NCBI RefSeq assembly: GCF_006345805.1
Contig: NW_021827869.1
Location: 1-9,628 of the forward strand
Direction of reading: 5' to 3'
DNA: 9,628 nucleotides
Source: Octopus sinensis
Lineage: Eukaryota
In this document: positions 1 through 6,910 of the stretch, piece after piece
Numbering within the stretch: position 1 is the first letter of the stretch
Layout: the number at the start of each line of letters is the position of its first letter
The notes under the pieces: model-generated
What the model saw: the letters and a program-made list of their open reading frames with translations, nothing else
The model's database searches: none
What the model was told of the DNA's origin: nothing
Translations under genes and position numbers: made by a program

Positions 1-180
1 ACGAAAAATAACAAATACGAAGACAGGTGGTGTACAAAACAAACAGATGTATTAGTATAACGAACGCTCAGGAATAGAAAAAGTCTTTTACGTTTCGAGC
101 CTACGCTCTTCTATAAAAAGGGACACAGAAAAAAGGAGGGAAACAGGGAGAGAAAAATGTGTGTAGTGGCTAACGATCTA
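1..180 (-). mobile_element. Probable terminal (pseudo-LTR-like) fragment of a Penelope-like element or its non-autonomous derivative
   Basis: Contains a minimal hammerhead-like motif (85-120) of the kind found in Penelope-like terminal repeats. Boundaries are approximate and the element may continue beyond the left window edge. Confidence 0.45.
85..120 (-). ncRNA. Decayed minimal type I hammerhead ribozyme-like motif
   Basis: Minus strand reads CTTT-TTATAGA-A-GAGC-GTAG-GCTC-GAA-ACGT-A-AAAG. Stem I is CTTT/AAAG, stem II is GAGC/GCTC (perfect), followed by GAAA, a palindromic ACGT stem III and the cleavage base. The CUGANGA box has 3 mismatches (TTATAGA). Confidence 0.5.
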
Positions 181-443
181 TATTTGTAAGTATATACATA
201 CATATTTATGACTTGTAGGGATGCGTTGTTTCATCATGCAACCATGATATACAATAAAGTATATCAAACGTTTTTTTATAAATCAATAACATGTTCTACT
301 GTGTTAGCAGTGCGCTTAACATTACTTGTCAAGGTTATCTCTTCAGAGATTCTATAGAAATCATTGACAGCACTGATTTTTGTTACGTCATTTCGTATCC
401 GAGACGTCAGGTGTGAACAAACCATGAGATCGAAGGTGAAAAA

Positions 444-483
444 AGGTAATATTTCGGGAGATTGTGCCGCTTCTTCAGCACCC
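444..483 (-). ncRNA. Minimal type I hammerhead ribozyme-like motif (Penelope type)
   Basis: Minus strand reads GGGTG-CTGAAGA-A-GCGG-CACAATC-TCCC-GAA-ATAT-T-ACCT. CUGAAGA and CGAAA are intact and the ATAT stem III is palindromic. Stem II has one C-C mismatch, and stem I (GGT/ACC) needs a 1-nt bulge. Confidence 0.5.
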
Positions 484-659
484 ATCGAACCGCTTAATCA
501 TTCACGGACATATTGCTTTAAATAGCCACTAAATACAGCGGCGCAACGTTACTGGGCCGAACACAAAACAAATAGAGAGAATACACCACAAAGGACAAGT
601 GGGGTTTGGAACAATGTTGAGTATATAATAAATAATAATAATAACAATACAATTAAATA

Positions 660-1569
660 AAAGTCTCCCCAAAAGAGGGGAGTTTCTGGCAGGGACAGCC
701 GAGGAACCCAGCAGATCCTGGTTACCCCGTTTCGAGCTCTTTCGATTTACGGCTACTACAGCGGTACATCACTATTTTTCTGGCTGAAGCTGCTAACGAT
801 TCAGGTGGTGAAGACAGCTCTTCCCTCCTCCCAACGATTTTTCTAAATTTCACCGCTTTGTCGCCTTGAGAGAAGGCAAAGAGTTCTTTTGGGGCGGCAG
901 CACCGGTGAAATAAGTCATATTATTGTTGTTATTGGTGAAGCTGTAGCTACTTCTGATGTTACTATTATAACTACTGATACCTCTCCTCCAGCCTCTGCT
1001 CTTCCACTACTATTGCTGCTCTTGCCGCCACCGCTTGAGTTGCTGTCAATGCTGCTATTACTTCTACCATTGTCGCTGCTACTGCTGCGATCCTTGTCAC
1101 CTTCACTGTTCATGCTGCTGCCTCTGCCATGTCACCACTACCGCTGTCGCTTCCACTACCACCACTGCTGCTGTCGGTGCTACCACTGCTGCTACTTCTG
1201 CCATTGTTGTCGCAATCACTCTTACTACTGTCACCCTCTAGCAACACTTGACGGTATAGACTTCGGCCTGTTTACATCCCTTTTGTCTCCTCCCCTTCTC
1301 CTGCATTTTGTTTTTGTAAAATCAAGAAGGGGAGGGAAGTCTTCGGTTGTAAGAGGACTGGGGTGGAGGGGAAATGTTTTTTTTTTTCCTTTTAAATGTT
1401 TTAAGGTGAAGGCCACCATCTTGTTGAATTTGATATTTTTAAACACCTTTCAAGCGATTTTCTTGAGAGCCGAATTTTGTCCATTGCGGGAGCCAAACAA
1501 TCGCAGAAACCCCAGTAACAAGCTCCTAAACTTAGAGCGTTCGAAAACATGCCCGTCGTACTCAACAGA
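660..1569 (-). pseudogene. Decayed reading frame of unknown identity, possibly a retroelement ORF1/gag-like remnant
   Basis: 1569-1231 translates as SVEYDGHVFERSKFRSLLLGFLRLFGSRNGQNSALKKIA*KVFKNIKFNKMVAFTLKHLKGKKKTFPLHPSPLTTEDFPPLL..., 113 codons with one internal stop at 1450-1452. A Ser/Gly/Asp-type low-complexity stretch follows, then TYFTGAAAPKELFAFSQGDKAVKFRKIVGR (919-722), then a short (TTA)n tail near 627-650. No recognisable domain motif. Confidence 0.35.
921..1235. repeat. Degenerate mixed trinucleotide array (GCT/ACT/GTT/ACC/GCC)
   Basis: Period-3 low-complexity sequence is directly visible. It generates the overlapping Cys/His-, Leu- and Ser-rich ORFs in the track. Confidence 0.8.
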
Positions 1570-1570
1570 T

Positions 1571-1600
1571 AACAACAACAACAACAACAATAATAATAAT
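1571..1600. repeat. (AAC)n(AAT)n microsatellite, probable 3' tail of the adjacent minus-strand SINE
   Basis: aacaacaacaacaacaacaataataataat abuts the 3' end of the SINE at 1601. Confidence 0.8.
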
Positions 1601-1724
1601 CCTTTCTACAATAGGCACAAGGCCTGAAATCTTGTGGGGGGGTAATCGAATACATCGACCCCAGTACTCCTGATAGTTATTTTATTGACCCCGAAAGGAT
1701 GAAAAGCAAAGTAGACCTCGGAAT
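1601..1724 (-). mobile_element. 3' part of a tRNA-derived SINE with its head missing; same body as the copies at 4191-4610
   Basis: tacatcgacccc...ttattgaccccgaaaggatgaaaagcaaagtagacctcgg (1651-1721) aligns closely with 4447-4522 (tacatcgaccc...ttatcgacctcgaaaggatgaaaggcaaagtggacctggg). Confidence 0.85.
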
Positions 1725-1765
1725 AATATAATAATATAATAATGATAATAATAATAATAATAATA

Positions 1766-1812
<47 letters not shown>

Positions 1813-1834
1813 TAATATAATGATCATGATGATG

Positions 1835-1906
<72 letters not shown>

Positions 1907-1952
1907 TATAAGCAAAAGTCAAACATAGAATAATAATAATAATAATAATAAT
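1722..1952. repeat. (AAT)n microsatellite with GAT variants
   Basis: Direct reading. Interrupted at 1910-1928 by a retroelement terminus. Confidence 0.97.
1910..1928 (+). mobile_element. Isolated 19-nt 3' terminus of the R4/Dong-like element
   Basis: aagcaaaagtcaaacatag plus aataataa at 1910-1936 is identical (27/27) to 2381-2407, the 3' end and flank of the longer copy. Confidence 0.8.
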
Positions 1953-2208
1953 GTCCCAATCGATATTAACATATCGTCAATACCTACCAAAAACTAAGCA
2001 AATATATATAGATCTTGAAATAGAAATTAGCAAAATGTGGACCCTGAAGACTAAAACAATACCTGTTGTCATAGGTGCCCTGGGAATGATAGCAAAAGGT
2101 GCCGATTGCTACCTAGCTCAGATACCAGGAAACCCCAAAATGGCAGATATTCAAAAGATAGTGCTCATGGGAACTGCCCATATCCTACGCAAAATACTGA
2201 CTATGTAA
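1953..2208 (+). pseudogene. C-terminal end of an R4/Dong/Rex6-type polyprotein (RLE domain tail), frameshifted
   Basis: Across two frameshifts (near 1976 and in the AT run near 1999) it reads VPIDINIS/VNTYQKLSKYI/DLEIEISKMWTLKTKTIPVVIGALGMIAKG...QIPG...IQKIVLMGTAHILRKIL, with a stop at 2206-2208. This matches the remembered R4-clade pattern VP.D......K..KY.DL..EI..MW.....PVVIGALG...QK..L.GTA.ILR. The ATG at 1951 is created by the microsatellite junction. Confidence 0.85.
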
Positions 2209-2399
2209 TCTCAAGATTTAAAACAAACATAATTTTCGTGTGGTTTCTTAAATATTCTCTAGAACAATACTACGTGCAAACCAAATATATGGCACCCTAG
2301 GCATAACACCAACAGGAGCTTCCAACTTGTTGTCTCTTGAGGTCTCTGGGTGAGACTTGGAGCCAACTTGTACAAATGCAAAGCAAAAGTCAAACATAG
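1953..2399 (+). mobile_element. 5'-truncated R4/Dong-clade non-LTR retrotransposon (restriction-like endonuclease type) inserted in (AAT)n
   Basis: Carries the C-terminal end of the RLE-type ORF, then a roughly 190-nt 3' UTR ending ...gtcaaacatag, then (AAT)n. (AAT)n also lies directly upstream. Confidence 0.85.
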
Positions 2400-2406
2400 A
2401 ATAATA

Positions 2407-2455
<49 letters not shown>

Positions 2456-2554
2456 TAATATAATAATAAAATAATAATAATAATAAATAATAACAATAAT
2501 AACAATAATAATAACAATAATAATATAGTAGTCTAATATAATAATAATAAATAA
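2400..2554. repeat. (AAT)n/(AAC) microsatellite
   Basis: Direct reading. Confidence 0.97.
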
Positions 2555-3003
2555 CAGCAAATATTCTGCTCAATACCACAGATTTGCTTCTCAGTTGTTT
2601 GACCTTAACCAGTTGAGCATGTCCCTCAGTGGCTGACGATATGTGCATCTCTGATCACGAGCAGAAGTAGTGGGAGAGCATCATAGCCATGTGTTGAGAG
2701 GGATTCTTTGGGGTTTGAATAGTTCACCTCTGGAAACATGGGTGGTTCTTTCAACATCCTTAAACAACCCTTATTCAGGGACCGTTTGAGTGGGATGGGC
2801 TACTCAACCTGAAGAAAATTCTAACTGGGCCCCACCTGCAAGGTCATGTGCTGTTTATCTTGATATGAGATCACCATGTCGCGCACATATGGTTGTGATG
2901 CATGTGCCTGGTGTACCTTTATCACGGGTAGTCATGATGGGTATATTGGGCTTTGTATATTTTACCCCAGTGTCACTTTGATGGCATGAACTCTCTCTCA
3001 CTC
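2555..3003. mobile_element. Unclassified interspersed repeat of about 450 bp embedded in (AAT)n
   Basis: Complex, higher-GC, non-coding block with sharp boundaries against AAT arrays on both sides. I recall it as a high-copy octopus repeat but cannot confirm that here. No tRNA A/B boxes, terminal inverted repeats or ORF seen. Confidence 0.55.
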
Positions 3004-3016
3004 AATAAATATAATA

Positions 3017-3049
<33 letters not shown>

Positions 3050-3134
3050 TGATAATAATAATAATAATAATAACAACAATAATAACAATAACAATATAAA
3101 TAATAATGATAATAATAATATTAATAGTATTAAC

Positions 3135-3226
<92 letters not shown>

Positions 3227-3265
3227 TGATGATGATAATCATAATAATAACAGCAACAACAATAA
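3004..3265. repeat. (AAT)n microsatellite with AAC/GAT variants
   Basis: Direct reading. Confidence 0.97.
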
Positions 3266-3539
3266 AAAACGTGAACATTTTTTATTAGTAAACATTTGTC
3301 AACTGTCATTGGTGAAATCAGTAGATTAAAGATATTCAATCGAAAAAATAACAAAAAGAAATTAATCAAAGGAGGAAAACAAGCAAAATAATTCATCATT
3401 TTTCGATAAAATATATTTGAAATAAACTTCAATTCTTAGTGAACGTTATTTTCGTCAATTTAGAGAAAGTATGATTTTGTACACGACGAACATTTGTGGT
3501 TTAAATTATATTATTTGACCTGTGATGGCGTCGGCGGCT

Positions 3540-3772
3540 CGTTGTATCCTTGAGCAAGTCACTTTATTTTAAGTTGCTTCAGACTACTCAGCTGACAAAA
3601 AAAAATGAGTTGTACCTGTAATTCAAAAGGGTCCAACCATGTCACATTCTGTCCGACGCCAGCTCTCCCTGAAAACCACGTGTCTGTGCAGTGCTCAGCC
3701 ACTTTCACTTTCATTTCATGAGCAGGTTGTTCCGTTGATCGGATCAACTGAAACTCCTCCTCGTCGTAACCG
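3540..3772 (+). mobile_element. Headless, diverged SINE: CORE-like central block plus the 3' module of the 6911 SINE
   Basis: 3541-3593 aligns with 4829-4879 (ttgt.t.cttgagcaag.cact...ctcagctg). 3609-3772 aligns with 7107-7282 (gttgtacctgta.ttcaaa...gtgtctgtg...gctcagccact...gagcagg.tgttccgttgat...cgtcgtaaccg). Confidence 0.85.
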
Positions 3773-3874
3773 TTGTTTGACCAGATGTTACCTGTATTGA
3801 CTACACATCCTACAGGAGATAAATAGCGGTTAATGAATCGTTTCAAAAACGTCGCTTGTTCAATGCATATCCTC

Positions 3875-4145
3875 CTTATTTATATATTTATTTATTTATG
3901 TATTTATTTATTTTTTTTTTTTTTATAGAAAAACTGAGAATCAAATATATCAGAAATGTGTGAGTGTACTTATTTTGTGCCTGTGTGTGAGCGCGCGTGT
4001 ATACGCGTGTGCGTATGCGTGCTTGCTTGTGTGTATGTATGTGTGTGTGTGTGTGTGTGTGAATGTGTGCTTGTGTGCGTGGATGGTTTAGCGGAGAGAT
4101 AGGAGGAAAGGGAGAGAAACAGAGTGAGAGAGAGGGAGAGAGTGA
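3875..4145. repeat. Cluster of (TTTA)n/poly-T, (TG)n and (GA)n microsatellites
   Basis: Direct reading: TTTA/T at about 3875-3925, TG at about 3955-4080, GA-rich at about 4095-4145. Confidence 0.9.
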
Positions 4146-4190
4146 AAAAGAAACTAGGTGCCATATTTTTCTACAGAAATAGCAAATATT

Positions 4191-4374
4191 GATTTTAAAT
4201 TTTGACACAATTCCAGTGATTTCGAGAGAAGCATTAAGTTGATCACATCGACCCGTGTTAGTCTGGAACTTATTTTAGGTTGCAAGGCGAAGTTAACCTC
4301 AGTGTAACTTAAGCTCAGAATGTGAAGACGGACAAAATACCGCTAAGCATTTTGCCCGGCGTGCTAACGGTTCT
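4191..4374 (-). mobile_element. tRNA-derived SINE, diverged copy lacking about 14 nt of its 5' head
   Basis: aataccgctaagcattttgcccggcgtgctaacggttct (4336-4374) is homologous to the head of the neighbouring copy. The body has internal deletions and the tail resembles the 1601 copy (gacacaa/ggcacaa...acatcgacc). Confidence 0.75.
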
Positions 4375-4375
4375 T

Positions 4376-4610
4376 AATTCTTTATAGCCTACAAGGGACT
4401 AGACATAGAGAGGACAAACAAAGACGGACAAAGAGATTAAGTCGACTACATCGACCCCCCAGTGCATAACTGGTACTTAATTTATCGACCTCGAAAGGAT
4501 GAAAGGCAAAGTGGACCTGGGCGGAATTTGAACTGAGAACCTAACGACAGACGAAACATCACTATGCATTTCGCCAGGCGTGTTAACGGTTCTGCCAGTT
4601 CGCCGCCTTC
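4376..4610 (-). mobile_element. Full-length tRNA-derived SINE
   Basis: Minus strand starts GAAGGCGGCGAACTGGCAGAACCGTT (A-box-like TGGCAGAA) and has B-box-like AGTTCAAATTCC at 4523-4534. Its body is shared with 1651-1721 and its 3' tail (4376-4440) is distinct. Confidence 0.88.
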
Positions 4611-4747
4611 GAAACAGCAAATATTAACAGTGAAAAGTCACGAAAAGGTAGTATCTACATACTGATCTATTATGTGAAACTGACACAGAGTAAACGATTA
4701 TTATTTTTTCTGTTTCGAATTTGATATGCCAAAGTATATACAGCTTA

Positions 4748-5076
4748 GTGAAGGCGCATGGCTCAGTGGTTAGTGCGTCGGAATGACGATCGTGAAAGGG
4801 TGAGTTCGATTCCCGGACCGGGTTGTTTGTTGTGTTCTTGAGCAAGACACTATTTCCCGTTGCTCTAGTCACTCAGCTGTAGAAGTAAGGTGTGACGTCA
4901 CTGGTGCCAAGCGGCATCGGACTTTACTTTTCCTTAGGATTTGAAAGGGGACACTGATATGCATGGGCGACTGCTGGTCTTCGATAAACAACCTTGCCTA
5001 GTCTTGTGCCTAGGAGATTAAATTTCTAGGTGTCATCCTATGGTCATACATGGCTAAAGGAGATTTTTACGCTTTA
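4748..5076 (+). mobile_element. tRNA-derived CORE-like SINE with target-site duplication
   Basis: A box TGGCTCAGTGG at 4759-4769 and B box GTTCGATTC at 4804-4812. CORE-like block TTGAGCAAGACACT near 4838-4851. Flanking direct repeats ATATACAGCTTA (4736-4747) and ATATATAGCTTA (5077-5088) match at 11/12. Confidence 0.9.
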
Positions 5077-5099
5077 ATATATAGCTTATAATCCCGTAT

Positions 5100-6358
5100 T
5101 TAAATATTATTTTGGTTTAACTGCGAATCATTTTAACACAAAATCTAGTCAATATCAATGTTCATGTAGAAAACCTGATCTAAGTATTAACATGAAATAA
5201 TGGCTGAAACTATAAATTTTTATGAACTGTATAGCGGAGAATAACTAAACGGACTGTGGTATATGTATTTTACAGAAGGCGTTAATATTTTTGTTTCGTA
5301 AGATTTCTTAAGCGCTCGTTATAAATTAATATCTTTTGCTGACAACCACCAAAATATTTGCTGAGATATTTTAAAACGACTAGCGAATAGGCATCAATTC
5401 GTCTCGTAAATATGAAAAATTTCTTTTATTTTTGTTATACTCCCTATTAATTTCCAACTTAACCACAATCCAATTATTTCCAGGAATTTTATTATTGTTA
5501 TGGTTCTGGATATAGTAAATTTTATTTTTATATCCATCTTCAGATAATGCCTGGTTATAGCAATTTTGATTTTATTTACATACATCCTCATTGGTTGAAA
5601 GTCTCGAAATACGAGTAGATATATATATAATGATAGAGTTTATTATGTTCTTTGGATGATTTGAATTTTTATTTACATATCTTAAACTCTCATTAGGCTA
5701 ACCATAAGGTTAGCATAGCTCCAAGGAAGTTAACACTAGTTCAGTCATTTTCTATATTTTGTATAGCGATAGAAAGACCGTAAATATTAAAAGATTTGAA
5801 AAGATTTTTTATAGACCTTTCTGAATTAACCATATTATATCTATATACAGTGAACATACAGTCATCTCTATATAACCCACCTCCTAATTCGGGAAATTCA
5901 TTATGTATACAATTAAGAATATAAATACTTGGTTACTTGAGCCGAATCGCTGGACTCCATGATGATATCGAAACAATCAGTCCTATCAGTTCTAACCCAA
6001 TACTTCATATCGAATACAATTATGGTTTTCCTAGCCGCTAGCATTATATCAGCCTCACATTTGGATAACTCTGAATTCGTCAGAGCGAATATTGATGCTT
6101 TATTCTGTAGGATAGGGTTGATGGGTGAGTAATAATTAGAAATATCCAAGTGAATGAATTTGGTATGTTTTTTGTTATTAATGTTAGAGAACCAATCAAT
6201 AACTTCCATTGAATTTGCCCATAAAGATAAACTAATATATTGTTTAAGCCAAGGAATATTTTTTATTAATAATAAATTTACTGATCTTACCAATAACTGT
6301 TTCCGGTGAGCAAATTAGTCTAACTTGTGGATCGGTATTAAATTTAGGTTTGTGGTCA
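5100..6358 (-). pseudogene. Penelope-like element reverse transcriptase and thumb region, heavily decayed
   Basis: Ordered motifs across frameshifts: DHKPKFNTDPQVRLI (6357-6313), GKISK (6291-6277), W..S.EVIDWF (6221-6189), FIHLDISNYY, ARKTII, FDIIMESSDSAQ (FDVTMGS.DGAE-like), GLYRDD (YRDD 5861-5872), VNFL (5734-5723), YVNKNSNHP (SNHP 5664-5653), YNQALSEDGY. Support below about 5470 is weak (L*FQPLF near 5200 resembles IWFNPPF). Confidence 0.88.
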
Positions 6359-6709
6359 TCTCTTTATATATATAGCTGAAGTTGTCTGTGTATGGCAGGT
6401 TTAGTAGCCTTCAACTAATACTATCTCCTCCGAGACCCTGCGGTGCAAATTGACCAAAATTGAGAGTATGATTGAAGAAGGCTTGCTCTTCCTTCCGTAG
6501 AAGATAAAATTCAAATCGGACCATGTTAACACCAAAAATTATTTACATCAAAAAGGTGCTTTTTTTCTATGAAGATCCCTATTTTTTAATGATTTTTTGA
6601 CTGCTATGTCGCCATTTTTCGGTGTATTTCAACCAGAAAAACGTTCACTTAAAGAGAATAACAAGCTACATAATGCAAAATTTTTACTTTTCAAAAATCC
6701 CTATTCTAA
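6359..6709 (+). mobile_element. Insertion splitting the Penelope-like ORF; possibly a non-autonomous Helitron-like element
   Basis: Sits between two collinear PLE segments and lacks PLE motifs. It begins after an A with TC(TC)TTTATATATATAG...GTTGTCTGTGT, like the 5' ends of Helitron-derived repeats. CTAA followed by T at 6706-6710 fits CTRR, but no subterminal hairpin is visible. Confidence 0.45.
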
Positions 6710-6898
6710 TTTTAGGTGTTTTGGGAGTGTGAGATTCAGTTTGATCCTTAACTTGTAAAATCTTCAACGATGTCTTTCACATTAAAGTTTAGTAAGTTTT
6801 CTTGGAGGTAATTTTATAATCCTTGTAATTTGTTTTTTTGATAAATATCTTTCTGATTCTAAACAATAAAGATTTCCAGTTTTATTCGCATGAACAAT
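6710..6898 (-). pseudogene. N-terminal part of the same Penelope-like RT region
   Basis: IVHANKTGNLYCLESERY (ANKTGNLY 6889-6866) matches the PLE V.ADKT.N.Y motif that normally lies upstream of KDHK. It continues with frameshifts. Confidence 0.7.
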
Positions 6899-6910
6899 AG
6901 GAAAGAAATT

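Noticed and set aside
670-760. Minus-strand peptide KRGNQDLLGS resembling the QRGNA..LG end of CRE-type RLE proteins
   Set aside because: Too short, the upstream frame has several stops, and none of the other RLE motifs is present.
866-1627. 253-aa plus-strand ORF, the longest in the track
   Set aside because: It is mostly translation of a degenerate trinucleotide array (poly-Leu, Cys/His runs) and the antisense of the more protein-like minus-strand frame. No domain, and it ends in a SINE tail.
1910-2407. 27-nt direct repeat as a possible CRISPR repeat or LTR pair
   Set aside because: Only two copies 471 bp apart, eukaryotic context, and both are explained as the same retroelement 3' end.
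2553-2566. AACAGCAAATATT shared between the start of the unknown element and 4613-4625
   Set aside because: A 13-nt AT-rich match with no flanking similarity. The 4611-4625 sequence is better explained as a TSD.
2633-2815. CTGACGA (2633) and CTGAAGA (2809) as hammerhead cores, and an HDV-like fold in 2555-3003
   Set aside because: No stem II plus GAAA follows either core, and I found no P1 partner strand for a nested double pseudoknot by eye.
1606-3432. Poly-Ile, poly-Tyr and poly-Leu ORFs (also 7486-8551 and 9225-9489)
   Set aside because: Direct translations of (AAT)n/(ATT)n and related microsatellites.
4748-4820. tRNA gene candidates at 4753-4820, 6916-6985 and 4520-4607
   Set aside because: A and B boxes are present but I could not build complete cloverleaves with a paired acceptor stem. 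Each continues into a SINE body with a tail or TSD.
5913-6293. 126-aa ORF as a functional gene
   Set aside because: It is one surviving frame segment of the decayed Penelope-like RT. The start ATG is out of frame with the upstream motifs and the frame stops before YRDD.
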